Shown here in pieces: positions 49,840 to 63,900 of a stretch of 64,000 nt of DNA (the stretch's first letter is position 1; each line of letters begins with the position of its first letter). This DNA comes from Takakia lepidozioides (Eukaryota; Plantae; Bryophyta): the NCBI GenBank assembly GCA_030704615.1, contig CM060733.1, forward strand, positions 68,510,001 through 68,574,000. The letters are read 5' to 3'. A model generated the notes under the pieces. The model saw nothing but the letters and a program-made list of their open reading frames with translations, did not search any database and was not told the DNA's origin. Both the position numbers and the translations under genes were made by a program.

Positions 49840-51540
49840 CAGACCTTCATCCCACGCCCTTGCTGTGCATACCCTGCAAGCATCGCGTTCCACGACACCA
49901 CATCTCGGTCAGCCATAGTGTTGAAAACTCCCTTCACATCCTTAATGCACCCACATTTTGCATCCATGTCCACCAGGGCAGTGTTCAGGATGACATCTGG
50001 TACAATTCTAGCTTTGACCATGTCACCATGGACCTCTTCCCCCTTTTCTAGAGCTCCTAGGCTTGCACACGCATTGCAAACAAAAACAAATGTGATGTGG
50101 TTGGGCTTCACCCCTTCGCATCCTTAATGCACCCACATTTTGCATCCATGTCCACCAAGGCAGGGTTCAGGATGACATCTGGTACAATTCCAGCTTTGAC
50201 GATATCACCATGGACCTCTTTCCCCTTTTCCAGAACTCCCAGGCTTGCACATGCATTGCAAACAAAAAAAAATGTGATGTGGTTGGGCTTCACCCCTTCG
50301 CACATCATTTGCTCATAGGTCTCCAAAGCCTCCATCCAGCACCCTTGCTGTGCATATCCTGCAATCATCGCACTCCATGACACCACATCTCGTTCAGCCA
50401 ATACTGTCGAGCACTCCATTTGGATCCTCAATGCACGCACATTTGACATACATTTCCACTAGGGCAGTGTTAAGAATGACATCGGGTACAATTCCAGATT
50501 TGATCGCCATGCACCTCTTCACCCTTTTACAGAGCTGCCAGGCTTGCACACGCATTGCAAATGCACAGAAACGTGATGTGGTCGGGCTTCACCCCTTCCC
50601 CCATCATTTGATCATAGGTCTCCAAGGCCTCCATACCGCCCTTGCTGTACATACCCTGCAAGCATCGTGTTCCACATGATCAAAGATGGTTGAGCCCTTC
50701 TGTTGAATACTTGGTGAGCATCCATGATGCTCCTGCACTTAACATACATGTTGACAAGGGTGTTGAGTAGAAAAACATTTGGCGGGAATCCCACTTTGGA
50801 TAATGTGAGTGTGCATCTGCTTTCCAGCTTCCAGACCTTCCATCTCGATGCACTTTAGCAAGAGACAGACATACGTTATGAAATGCCTCCTTGGTTTAAA
50901 GTCTGTAGAGCCTTTGTCAGACTGCCTGCCGCACAAAGCATCTTCACATGCCCAGAAGTGCCAGAAGAGGGATTGTGGACTCCCTCTCTTGATCCTCTTT
51001 CAGAAGCTGTTGTCATGGTTGAGGTGCCTGATTTTAGCAAAGGTGCCGTTGCAGCTGCTGCCTTTAGGTGACCATCTACCCATACAGGTTTCTTGTAGCT
51101 ATTGATCCACAGGGAATCATAGGTAATCTGGAGCTTGAAGTTCTAGGAAACACCCAACTCAACTTATGAACAGGATGAAATGTGTTGAAGAAGGTGCCTT
51201 CATTATTTGACTCTGTGAAAATGCCTCCATGGTTCAAAAATTTCAGAGCCTCTTTCAGTGTGCCTCATATAGTATCCTCACAAGTTCAGAAGCGCCAGAA
51301 GAAATCTTGAGAACTTCCTCCCAGGGTCCTCTTTTGGAAGTGGAGATCATTGTGGAGGTGCCTGATTTTATCAATTGTGTTGCCACTGCCCCTTCAAGAT
51401 GACCATCTACCCTTGCAGATTTTTTGTAGCTGTCAATCCTCAGTGGCTCATATGCAATTTGGTGCTTGAAATCAGGACCTCTTGGATGGATCTGCACCCA
51501 CGCTTCATCCCTGCTTCTTTCAGCTAACCCTGCCTAGGCA
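49840..51540 (-). pseudogene. PLS-class PPR pseudogene
   Basis: DVVSWNAMLAGYAQQG, NTALVDMDAKCGCIKD, NTLVNMYVKCRSIMDAHQVF; many frameshifts. Confidence 0.88.
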
Positions 51541-51959
51541 ACAGTATGGCCCTGTGCTAAGAGCTGACAATGATAACCTAAAATTTATCTAGCAAACACC
51601 CCGACCATACTTACCACACACTAGTTCTAGTGCTCCATTGCTGACAATTTGTGAGAAAGTTTTTTCAATGCGCCTATTATCCCATTGGCAGTAATATGTG
51701 CAAAAAATCCAAACCACCATAGATTCACCCAACGAGGTAACTTAAAAACACAAAGTGAAAAATTGGGAATGAATCTGATAAGAGGACAAAACAAGACTAA
51801 ATGGTTGAAGAAGAAAGTGCCCGCACCAGTTGTCCTTGATCTTGTCTCATGAAAGCAGCTAGCTTTTATTTCACCCAAGGAGGATTCAACCAACTTTCAA
51901 TCCAAAGGACCTCATGCGTGTGCTGCTTATGTCTATAGTCTGGTGATCCTGGATTGGTC

Positions 51960-53830
51960 TGTGAAAACCAATGGCCAGCTTCCCACTATGGTGGCAAAGA
52001 GAAAATTCATTTTCCTCCTCCCCCACATCATGCAATACAAAGCGCGTGTCAGGCACATACCTTGCCTCCTTCATCTGCCCAGACAATCTTCTCAGCTCAG
52101 CATGGATTTCCTTAATTCTGGGATGGAACTTGTCATCTATAACAAACGTGTGCACCCTGTTGCCAACCTCAATGCATCAGCGACCTGGCTCCTTTCTAAA
52201 CCCTCTGACCTTCATCATTCTTATCACCTTTGTAGTATTATCCCACCTGCCAGCTGCAGCATAGATGTTTGATAGCAACACAATTGCATCTTGTTCATCC
52301 CACTTGAGGATAGATGTTGCCGCACGTTCAGCCATCTCCACATTGCCATGGATTCTGCAGGCACCAAGCAAGGCCTTCCACACCACAACATCTGGATTGA
52401 TTGGCATTTTATTAATCAGGTCCACTACCTCATCCAGTTGTCATGCACGTCCAAGAAGGTCCACCATGCAGCCAAAGTGCTTTACTGTCGGAGTGACACC
52501 ATGATCTTGACTCAGGGAATCGAAGTGGCGTCTTCCTTCATTGAGTAGGCCAGTGTGGCTGCATGCAGAGAGAACACATATAAAGGTGATACTGTCTGGC
52601 TTCAAGCCGTTCTTTTCCATTCCTTCAAATAGTTGCAGGACCTCCGTATGACAACCATGCTAAGCATATCCTGCAATCATCGCATTCCATGACACCACAT
52701 TTTGTTCAGCCATATTGTCAAATACTCCATTTGTATCCTCAATGCACCCACATTTCGCATACATATCCATCAGGGCAGTGTCCAGAATGTCATGTGGTAT
52801 AATTCCAGCTTTGATGATTGTCACCATGGACTTCTTTGCCATTTTCCAGGGCTGCCAGGCTTGCACAAGCATTACAAACGCACACAAACGTGATGTGGTT
52901 GCACTTCACCCCTTCCCCCATCATTTGCTCATAGGTTTCCAAGGCCTCCGTCCTGCGCCCCTGCTGTGCAGATCCTGCAAGCATCGCATTCCACGACACC
53001 AAATCTCGTTCAGCCATATTTTTGAACACTCCCACCGCATCCTCAATGCTCCCACATTTGGCATGTATGTCCACGAGGGTATTGTTTAGAATCACATCTG
53101 GTACAATTCCAGCTTTGGTGATGCAACCATGCACCTCTTTACCCTTTTCCAGAGCTGCCAGGCTTGCACACGCATTGCAAATGCACAGAAACGTGATGTG
53201 GTTGGGCTTCATCCCTTCCCCCATCATTTGATCACAGGTCTCCAAAGCCTCCCTACCATGTCCCTGCTGTGGATATGACACCACATCTTGTTCAGCCATA
53301 GTGTTGAAAACTCCCTTCGCATCCTTAATGCACCCACGCTTGGTAAATCCTGCCAACATTATATTCCACGTGATCAAAGATTGCTGAACACTTGGTGAAT
53401 CCATGATGCTCCCGCACTTAGCATACATGTTGACAAGGGTGTTGAGTAGAAAAACATTTGGTGTGAATCCACTTTGGATAATGTGAGTGTGCACCTGCTT
53501 TCCAGCTTCAAGGCCTTTCATCTTGATGCACTTATGCAAGAGACAGACATACGTATCTGAATCTCCTTCAAAATGCTCTGAATCTGCTGAAATGCCTCCT
53601 TGGTTTAAAGTCTGTAGAGCCTCTTTCAGTCTGCCTGCCTCACAAAGCACCTTCACATGCCAGAAGTGCCAGAAGAGGCATTGTGGACTCCCTCACTTGA
53701 TCCTCTTCCAGAGGCTGTGGTCATGGTTGAGGTGCCTGATTTTATCAACTGTGCCCCTCTTGGATGAATCTGGACCCACATTCTATCCCTTCTCCTTCAG
53801 CTATCCATGCATCTGCACAAAGCATGCATT
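51960..53830 (-). pseudogene. PPR-E/E+-DYW RNA-editing factor pseudogene (DYW truncated)
   Basis: PLS repeats (52790-53656), E domain MPINPDVVVWKALLGACRIHGN..VLLSNIYAAAGRWD, PG box KEPG, then YVPDTRFVLHDV..HHSGKLAIGF. The catalytic E of HSE reads G and the domain is cut off after it. Confidence 0.9.
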
Positions 53831-56324
53831 CATCTTTCCCTTGCTGCTAGCAGCTGACAATGGCAACCTAGGAAACACCCAATCACACTAGTTCCGATGC
53901 TGAATTGCGTCTACTACTCTCTGTCATCTAACAAGGATTCAACTTTTTGCCTCGGTTGTCCCACCATTGACTGGGGTCAACAAAGTATTCATTCCACACC
54001 TTCTCTCTGTTAATTGTTTTTGGATACTTTCCTGTTATCACATTGGCAATATCATGTCAAAGTCATTCCAAACCAGATTCACTCAACCAGCTAACTTGCA
54101 GAATTCAACATGGAAATTTAGGGCCGACTCCGACAAGAGAGAAAAACAGGGTGAAATGTGTTGAAGAAGGTGCCTTCATTAGCAATGCCTTGTTCTATCA
54201 TTTGTGCCGCTGCCGCTGCTGTTTCCAGTTGACCATCTACCCAACAATATTTGACAGCCACAAAAGCTAATCCATCCTACAAGCGGCCCAACCCACCTTA
54301 GCAAATGTGTTTTTGCTGGCAGAGCGGATAGAGCTCAACATGGTGGAGGAACGAGTGGTCATGGTGGGATTTGCTAAGGAGACACCACAGGGTAGTGGTA
54401 CTCCTAGCCAACCACTACCTCAACATGCTCAAGGCAACAAGGGGGCTCAGGTGAAGCTCAGGGAAGGACAGAGAGGACCTTAGATGCAGGGGTCTCTCCC
54501 TTCATTTGCAGGCCAACAACAGGCGGAGATGGTGTGTTGGACATGTGGAGGACCCCATGTCAAGAAGGATTGCCCAGAGGGAGGCAAAGGGCCGGCACAT
54601 GCACAGCCTACACAGTTGCAGTGTGGGCATTGTGACAAGCACGGGCATGGAGAGGCCCAGTGTTATGGTTTGCATCCTGAGTTGCGCCCAGGCCAGTTCC
54701 AAGGGAACAATGGTGGCCGGGGGCAAGGTGGAGCAGCCCAGAGAGGACGAGGTGGCCAGGCATGAGGTGTAGGCCAAGGGCAAGCTCAACATGGCCAAGG
54801 AGCGGAGGTCAGGGTGTTGACCAAGGCATGGCCAACCGGCTTTAGCAGCTAGAGCAGAGGCTCGCTGCCATGGCTACAGCTCAGGTGGTACCGGCTCTAA
54901 GGCCGGATGGTCCACCTCCTGCTCCTGAGGGAGGAGATATGGGAGGCATGGGATTCATGTGCGGAGCAGCACTACCACTAGTGCTGGTGGAGTCTGCTGC
55001 AGCCGTGACCCCGAGGAGCAGCACGAGTTTCTGAGCCACGAAGTGCAGAGGTGGAGTTGGATGCACAGCGTGGGGAAGCAAGCCGTCAAGCCAGGCTTCC
55101 TCAGTCATTCACATTGGTAGAGACAGTGTCGACACCATCCATGGCACCTAGTTCTCGCCCGACTGTTACCGAGGCGAAGGTTACTATGCCATTGGGGAGA
55201 GCTACATGGGCAACATCACTACCTAGTGTTGCCAAGGCTATGGCAGCTAGTATGCTGCTGGGAGCGGCCACATCTGTGTGCCAGGCTCCATTGTTCTCGG
55301 CTACCATGATTGCGACGCCGGGGGTAAGACCAGCTGAGGTGTTCATGCTGGCAGCTACACTCTGTGAAAGTGGGGAGGTTACTTCATCTTCTGCGGAGAT
55401 AGTTGGAGGTGTAGTGCCGGAGGGATCCTCGGATTTGAGGGTCAAGACTACCACGGCGGCGCCATGGCAAGCTGCAACTGCCAGGTTGATGGAGCTGCCA
55501 GCTAGGCCAGCCATTGAGCGCGCCATTGTGACACCTGGAGTTGTCATGCTAGACAACCAGGATGACATTTTCTGTTTGAGTGGACCGGTAAGCAAGAGGT
55601 ATCGGCCACTGCGGGTCTTGTTGAACTCGGGAGCTCAGCCATTGATGCTGGGCAGAGCTGCTATTGCAAGCTTAGGCCTCACGGAGGTGGATATGGAGCC
55701 TTGTCCTTTCCTGATACAGACGTCTTTGGGAGGATTGGAGCAGGCTTGGGGCATGACACGGCGAGAGTTGGCTATCAGACTATGGCCAGATCACCCTACA
55801 GATGGCTCAGTGATGCGAGCCAAGGCCATTGTGACAAACGCGGTCTCGTATGATGTCCTGGTTGGTGGGGCAGTGTTGTACCCCATGGGCTTCACCCTGG
55901 ATTTTTGGGAGGAGTTAGCTTCCTATAGGCCTGGATGGCAGTCAGGGGAGGGCCGGCGTGTGCAGCTTCCTATGACATTCATAGGAGGAGTTGCAGTTGC
56001 CCAGCGAGGCAAGATGCCGACACTAGTAGCATTCACAGCTGTAGTGAGTTGGCCTGGAGAGTTGCTTGAGGGCAACGCTCATTCAGAGGATGTGTCACCT
56101 CCGGGAAAGTAGGATGACATGCATGGTATGCCAGAGTTGCCTGCCATGATTGCTCAGACTCCATTGTGGGGCACGAGCAAGGATTTGCAGCAGGTTGCTG
56201 AGCGACGGGTGCAACAAGCCTGGGTAGAGGCTTTTGTACCATCAGGAGAGGAGGGGATTGCACCAGGACCACCTCAGTTGTCTCCATTGGACACCACACC
56301 TATTGTGTGGCAGTATCTGGATAA

Positions 56325-57192
56325 AGACATTTGTCTTCTAGACTTGTTTGGCGGGATCAGCACCGGATTGGCTGCTGTGTTACAGGCAGGTGTACGAGTT
56401 TGGCGTTACCTGTATGTGGAGAGGGATGAGACTGCATGACGCGTTTCACTTTGCCATGTTGCTCAGTTGGTGCAGCAATATCCTGAGTTGTTGCCGGTGT
56501 CTGCAGTTTGTGGATATCAGCAGGCCTTGCCAGCAGACATTTCGTTGCTGGGGGCGCAGGATTTGGAGCGGGTTGGCTCCATTGATCTGGTAGTGGCAGG
56601 TTTGCCCTGCCAAGGGCATTCATCAGCCGGGCATGACAATGGATTGTGAGACTCGAGGTTGGGTCTATTTTGGGAGATGGTGCGGGTTTTTGCGCCACTT
56701 GCAGCTTCATCCAGCTGTATCTCCAGCATACATCTTGGAGAATGTGCCACTGACGGGCGATTCTTGGGCCAGGGTGATGGCCAGTGTGCATCAAGTCCGG
56801 TCGTGGCTTGGGTCAGCAGTGTTGCTAGATGCAGCTGCAGTGGGGTCACGGGCTCATCGTCCACGGCTATGGTGGACTAACTTGATGCCACCCGCACTGC
56901 TCAAGCGTGCATTTGATGGGGTGCGGCGGCCAGCGCACCTCACAGTGGATAGAATTTTGGACACGGGGAGACAGTCACAGCGTGTGAGACACGATGACCG
57001 TTCGCCTTTGGCAGTGGTCAACAAGGTGGGTCAACCACGAGCAGCATTACCTACACTGCTCAGCTTCCCAGGATCGCATGCTTTCCGGGATAGTGGACCT
57101 GGCCTCCTGTGGGATGCTCAGTTGCAGTAGTTAGTGGAGCCTAATGCTGACAAGCGTGAGCGGGCAATGGGTTTTACCACTGGTACCACGGC
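56325..57192 (+). pseudogene. DNMT3-like cytosine-C5 methyltransferase domain inside Gypsy pol
   Basis: Motif I LLDLFGGIS, II YLYVE, IV IDLVVAGLPCQ, VI YILENVP, VIII AHRPRLWWTN and IX ERAMGF..GTT. Motif X was not found. Stops at 56437, 56647 and 57128 and one frameshift. Confidence 0.88.
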
Positions 57193-60100
57193 AGAATGCG
57201 GAGTATACTTCCCTCGATGGTCTCTCTGCCTACCGAGACGGTACAAGCAGTGAGTAGGGGCGAGCATGAGAGGACCATGGGGTGCAGGCATCCATGGCAC
57301 ACGTGGGAGGTGCTCGAGGTTCAGAGGGAGTTGGAAGCCAGGGTTGGGGATTTTTCTCGGGTTGAGGAAGTCCTCGAGGATGAGATGATGGGGCAGGATG
57401 AGGCCTTGTCATTGACTGAGCAGGCAGGGAGTACTGCTCAAGAGGTTGCAACATAGCAACCACTGGACGCGTCATCTACCTCTAAGCCCACTGGACTTAA
57501 GGTTGCAGTTACGGAGGACAATTGGGAGCCTGACATGGACCCATTGTCATCGGAGGAGAGAGACGACGTATACGGCGGTTTCTGAGGGCTTACAGGAATT
57601 GCTTTGCCTTCAGTTTGAAGGACTTGGGAGCATGAAAGGTCAAGAGATTCGTATTGAGTTGGCCACTGACACGCCAATCTTTCGGAGACCCTATAGATAC
57701 AGTGACATGGAGAGGTCTTTGATTCAAATGAGGACTCAAGATCTCTGGGAGGCTGGTTTGGTGGAGCTCTCTGGTGGAGAGTATGCTTCAGCCACAGTGA
57801 CGCCATTCAAGAAGGATGTCTATGGCAATTGGACGGAGAGCGTATGTGCGGTGATTACCGGCTTGTAAATCGTCAGACCAAGTCCGACAAGTATGCCATG
57901 CCAACACCAGAGGATATCTTTGATGCCATCGGACATGCTAAGGTCTTTAACACTTTGGATTTACGATCCGGATATCACCAGTTGCCGATCAAAGAGGCGG
58001 ACAAGCAAAAGACGACATTCTGGGGGATCAATGAGCACGGCAAGGATTGTCTATATTAGTGGCGGTTCTTACCATTTGGGCTTACGAATGCTCCTACAAA
58101 GTTTCAGAGAGTCATGGATAGGATTCTAGCAGGGGTGGACTTTGCTCGGTGCTACATAGATGACATCATCATCTTTAGTGCTACGGTGGAGGAGCATGAG
58201 AGACACCTTTAGGTGGTATTGGAGCGCTTGAGAACGCACGGATTGAAGTTGCATCCAGGGAAGTGCAAGTTTTTCCACAACCAGATTGAGTATCTGGGTC
58301 ACATGATATATCCTGGAGGATTGGGGGTACAGCAGACTAAGGTAGAGGCCATTGCACAAATTCCACGCCCCATGGATGTGAGCCGAGTTCGAGCTTTCAT
58401 GGGGTTGGCAGACTATTATAGACGGTTTGTCAAAGGATTTAGTGCCATTGCAAAGGCTCTAACCAAGCTGACCAAGGTGGACCAGGAGTGGCAATGGGAA
58501 GATGAGCAGGAACGAGCTTTTCAAGAGCTCAAGGCGAGGTTGACCTCGCCGCCTATCCTGAGACGACCTATCAGGGGGCGTCCTTTTTAGCTGCATACGG
58601 ATTGGAGCATGCTGGGGCTTGGAACGGTGCTCACACAGGTGTATGATGAGGGAAGAGAGTTCGTAGTGGCTTATGTTAGCCGCTCGAACAATGTTGCAGA
58701 GGCTAAGTACAGCTCATATAAGGGAGAGTGCTTAGTTGCGGTGTGGGCCATGGCACACTTCAGGTGCTATCTATACGACAATCTCTTCACCCTTGTCACG
58801 GATCACCAGCCACTCAAGTGGTTGATGGAGTCAGACAAGTTTACGGGGAAGCTTGCACGGTGGGCACTCATACTCTAGGAGTATGACTTTCAGGTTGTGC
58901 ATCGACCAAGTTTGGTCAATCGGGATGCGGATGGATTGAGTCGCAATCTATGCACGAGCCAACAGGATGACACTGGAGCTTGGTGGCATGGTGAGACGGA
59001 CGAGGAGATGGTGTCGGGATGGCACACATCTGTATTTTTGTGTATCTTGGCATCGGGAGGTCAGGTTGGACCTACAACAGGGATGACTATAGATGCAGTG
59101 TCTGAGGACCCTGAGGCTAGTGAAGAGCCAGGTGGTGCCAGAGATATACATGAGGATTCGGCTGTGTTGGACTACCTCCACACGGGAGACACAGCAGCCA
59201 CTGTGACTGCCAGGGAGAGGGATCGGATCCTGCAACGAGCCAAGAGGTTCAAGTGGGAGGGGATACCCCTGCTCCGAGTATGGGAGGATGGTCGGGTGAG
59301 GATTGTGCCTCACCCCACACAGCGTGCACGGTTAGTTCGGCATGCCCATGAGGAGTTGGGGCATTTTGGAGTGCGACGCACTCACAGTTTACTGCAGGGG
59401 CAGTATTGGTGGCGTGGTATGCATACAGAGGTGCAACAATTCGTGGCTAGGTGCATGGTGTGTGACAGGGTGCGTGCTTCATTCAACGCCCCTACACCAC
59501 AGTTGCATCCTTTACCAGTCATAGGATTGGGCTACAGGTGGAGTCTTGACTTCGCAGGACCGTTGCCACTGACTATGCGTCACCACAGATATGTGTTGGT
59601 GATGGTGGAGCACTTCTCCAAGTGGATTGAGTTGGTTCCATTGCCTGACAAGGCTAGTGAGGGGGCTGCGTATGCATTCTTGGATCGTGTGCTTAGCCGA
59701 TTCGGTGCTCCAGCTGAGGTACTCACGGACCAAGGGAGAGAGTTCTTGGGGGAGTTTTAGGCTTTGTGTGATAAAGCCTTGATAGACCACCACACCACTT
59801 CTCGGGATCATCCTGAGGCCGATGGCTTGGCAGAGAGAGTTGTTCAAACGGTAAAGAGGGGTTTGCGCAAGTATGGCTTGCAGAAGGGACACCTAGGAGA
59901 TTGGGATCTTCAGGTTCCTTGGTTAGCCATGGGCTACAGGTTCAGCAAACAAGCATCACTTACCTCCTTCTCACCATATTTTCTTTTCTTTGGCCAAGAG
60001 CCGGATTTGCCTGTAGCCATTTGTAGGGACACTGCTCAAGTTCTTAACCCTGACGATCCGGACGTGTGGGTACGTGCATGTGATCAGCGTGCACAGTTGT

Positions 60101-60426
60101 TCAAGAAAGTCATGCCCGTGGCTTTTGAGAACCTTGCCATTACACAGCACCGTAATACGTTGTGGTGGAGGATATCGTCCTGGGGTTCGGCGATTTAGCC
60201 CAGGTGACTATGTTTATTTGCAACAGACTGCTCCTACGACCCTGGATGTCACTACAGGGCGTGTTATTCTGAGGGTTCGAGAGGTGTTGCCCTAAAGAGT
60301 CCTGATCTTGGAGGGTCGGGATGACATGACTTGGAAAGACCATGTGCGTAATTGTGCGCGATGTCACCTTCCCAATGTCGATGGCAGAGTTGACCCAAAC
60401 TTGGCAGTGGTACCTGCAGGTTTGAG

Positions 60427-60571
60427 GTGCATGCTCTGTGGGTCTGCCAAAGGGGTAGCCACCATGCTGGTGTGTGATCGATGCTCAATAGGTTGGCATA
60501 TGGGATGCTTGACACCACCTCTTGAGAGGGTTCATGATGGAGATTGGTTATGTCCACACTGCTTGGGATAG
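60427..60571 (+). other. PHD finger at the C-terminus of Gypsy pol
   Basis: CMLC..MLVCDRC..GWHMGCLTPPL..V.DGDWLCPHC, a canonical C4HC3 pattern. Confidence 0.9.
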
Positions 60572-60950
60572 TGGCAGTGGACATGACTAGAGGCAGCTAA
60601 CAAGACATGGGAGGCCAAGCTCATAGGAGTCAATACACGAGATCCCAGGCGCAAGTTCACAAATTGCAAGACGGCGACTAACGATGGGGCAACTCTTGCA
60701 CCCGGCCTCTTGATCTATCGAGTTTGAGTGTAGTAGGGACAGTGGTGGAGGACTTAGTGAGGCTATGGTCACTATCACATCTTGTGGCTACCTGGACTTA
60801 GAGGGACCCAAGCACCAGCTAGGGGGGCGATTGTGTGGACTAGTGACTGCCATAGTGGGCAGCATAGTGGCAGCCTAGTGACTGACTAGTTGTAGCCTAG
60901 TGGTTGGACTAGTGGCTGGACTAGTGGTATACTAGTGTGTGGCGTGCAAA

Positions 60951-63900
60951 AGGACCCCACTAGAGCAAATCTATTTTGCCAACAAATGAGCAGAATCCTA
61001 AAGCCAAGGACTTGAAAAGCAAAACAAGAACTGGATGTCCTACCAGCCCTTCACTAGATTAGCGTTACACTTGACACTCCGAGAGGGTTGATCAGATCAA
61101 GTCAACACTTCACTCAATTACAAAGCCGAAAGAACTAGATGCGATTGCAAATCTCGAACAAAAGTGTTGTAACTTCGAGTCCATCGCTCACTACTACTGA
61201 TTCTCTCTCCATCTTTGCGCTCTCCAACTCCAACGGCTGCCCTCCACCGTGCTCTCTACATCGTGCTAGTCGCTCACTGGTACTCTCTCAATTGATACTA
61301 CTTGCTTCCCACTCCCCCAAGCCTCCTTTTATGCTTCTTTTGGGCCAGTAGGAAAATTATGAATTAATCATTAAATTTAATGGGAAGCTTGTTGGCCAAG
61401 CAAACTTGGATATTTCTGATTTCATCCATCCTGGTAATGTCATCTCTTTTGCATCCATCCTATAAATTCATCCAGCCTGTGCTCTCTCATCCGTCCGCTG
61501 AGTTCATCCATTTTCATTCTTCCTCATAATTTTCATCCATCTGTAACTTTCATCCATCCAGGGACATGACCAACTTAAGTTGGTACATGACCAACTTACA
61601 TTGATACATGAGCCGTTTTAAGTCCTCATGAATGTTGCTCCTCATCCATGTCATTCATCCGTTTGGGAAGTGGGGATCGCTACCCTTGATCAACCAATAT
61701 CCAACGGTTCACATTTATCCTTGTTTTCCCATTAGCTCCCTTTCTCGTGCTATGTTGAGATCGGGGAGAGGTTCCCATGCTTGAAGTAGCGAGTTGTAGC
61801 GCTTGATTGCTTTGAGAGTCGTCTATTGGTAAGACTTCCAGTACAAATAGACATATTTGCCCACATTTGCTGAGTCAAAAAAGCATCGATCTTGAATCAT
61901 TCTTGGCGTTCAAGACTATTCGTTGAGTTCTAAATCATACCTCCATACCATGTAGCCTCTAGGGTACTGTCCGCAAACCAAAAGTTGAGTTCCTGTAACT
62001 GCCGACTCCTTGTCAGAAACTTCAAAGGTATAATCCACAGGGTAGTTTGGCAGACAACGCTAACGCGTACTAACGGAATCAAACGCCCATCACTTGCGTG
62101 CACTTATGAGAGTTTGTACATTGTGTGCAGACCCAGCCAGCATGTAAACCCATTCCTCCTTGATCTCTACCCGTTTGTGAGTCTCAAGGACGTCGTTGCG
62201 GCCTTCGTCGCCAACCACCAACAACGCATTCTGTCATTTCTTACAAACACCTTTCAACGGTAAATAATAAGAGCGAGGCACCCGTGCAACGCACTCTAGT
62301 GTCACATGGTCTGTCAATCCCGGAATCAAGGAGTTGTCCTTCGACTAGTCCTCTGGCTCTGCCATTGCTAGAATTCCATTTTATTTATGATTTCTTACTA
62401 TGATTTCGTACTAAACTTCATAAAATATATACTAATGTACATAAAATGTGCTATTCTAAATTATGATCCGAAAAAGTGATCGACATATATGGCGACCAAT
62501 GGGGAACACTCGCCCCGAGTGTGAAAGAACCCAAAATCTCTGGTTGCACACTTTAAACTGAAATCTAACAATTACACGACTTAGTGGCTGTACAACTGTA
62601 CATTGTTTTGACATAAGACTTTTTATCAAAGAAAGAGAAACAGATCACAAAGTTTTAAAACCATCCACTCGCCCTCTACAGAGAGAGTTTGAGTCCCCTG
62701 AGCACAAATCCAGATAATAAGTTTGTAAAACCATCCCCTCTCCCTCTTCGGAGAGAGTTTGAGTCCCAGATAAAAAACATTTCAAACCCATCCATTCTCC
62801 CCCACCGGACTGGGCTTGAATCCCCTAGATATGATGTGTCAGATTGGTTTTCAATTCTACTACGGTCTTGTAAATACTTTGAGCCTATGTTCGTATATCA
62901 GTGGGAAATGATTGGATACTTTCTGCACCTCCGGGGACCACACTCTGGCCATTTCTAAAAATGACATCGACTCGAATAGCAATTTTATTTCTAAGAAAGG
63001 ATCTCGGCTCGAACCCGGCCAGAGCAAATAGCAATGAAAATGATTGGATACTCTTGAACTTCGGAGGACCCTACACCGGAAATAAAAGACGTACCATCTG
63101 TATCTAAAACATGACTCGCATGGACCTCTCATGGATTTCGCAGAGTTCATCGTGAAATTCTTGACTGAAAATGATTGGATACTTTCTGCACCTCAGAGGA
63201 CCACACTCTGGCCTGACACACCATTTTTAACTAACTACTAGAAAAGAGGTCACAGGCCTTTGTGGTTTTCCTGTGCCTGACATCATTCACTCAAGGAGGG
63301 GAGCAGCAACCACCGCTCTACAATCTCTCCTTTTACCCCCTCACGGTTTTGTGATTTTTCTCTCTCTATGAGGAATACTGCAGCGGGGTAGAGATATTGA
63401 CAATAGGTTGGAAGGGAGGGTACAAGGTTAGAGATCCATGTTCAGGAAGTCGCAGTGTTCCATGCAGGGAACATCAGTATACTGGCAGAGTGTTCGTTGC
63501 AGCAAACACTATATATGCACATGAGATATGATTCGGAACTGAAGCGCCTCAGTGGGCATGCATTTTTACAAAATGATCGACAATAATGCAGGTGACATGT
63601 GGATGCAAAAACTGACGTCATTTTCAAACCCTGCACAAGATTAATTTTCACTTTGTACATTGTTAAGAATGAACGGACAACCAATTTAAAGAGATACAAA
63701 GGTAGAGAGAATATCGTCGTTACCCTTTCTAAAATTTGAACTGATGATGATCGGTAAAATACCCCACCGTCATTTCTGTTTCGTCCAGCATCAAACCAAA
63801 AGTGAAATTCCACTGCCTTGCTTCCATTCAAGCTCCACTCTTGACTAGAAAAGATTAGGGCAAGACATACCTATGCTTACTCTGGAACTGGTCACACATT

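Larger units (their letters stand above)
54280..60950 (+). mobile_element. 5'-truncated Ty3/Gypsy retrotransposon: gag(Zn knuckles)-PR-C5 MTase-RT-RNaseH-IN-PHD, PPT and truncated 3' LTR
   Basis: CWTCGGPHVKKDC and CGHCDKHGHGEAQC knuckles; VLLNSGAQ protease-like; DLRSGYHQ and YIDD (58153-58164); TDHQPLKWL; HHCC plus SLDFAGP/TDQGREF/GLAER integrase; PPT AGGGGGGCGAT then TG at 60832. Multiple stops. Confidence 0.92.
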
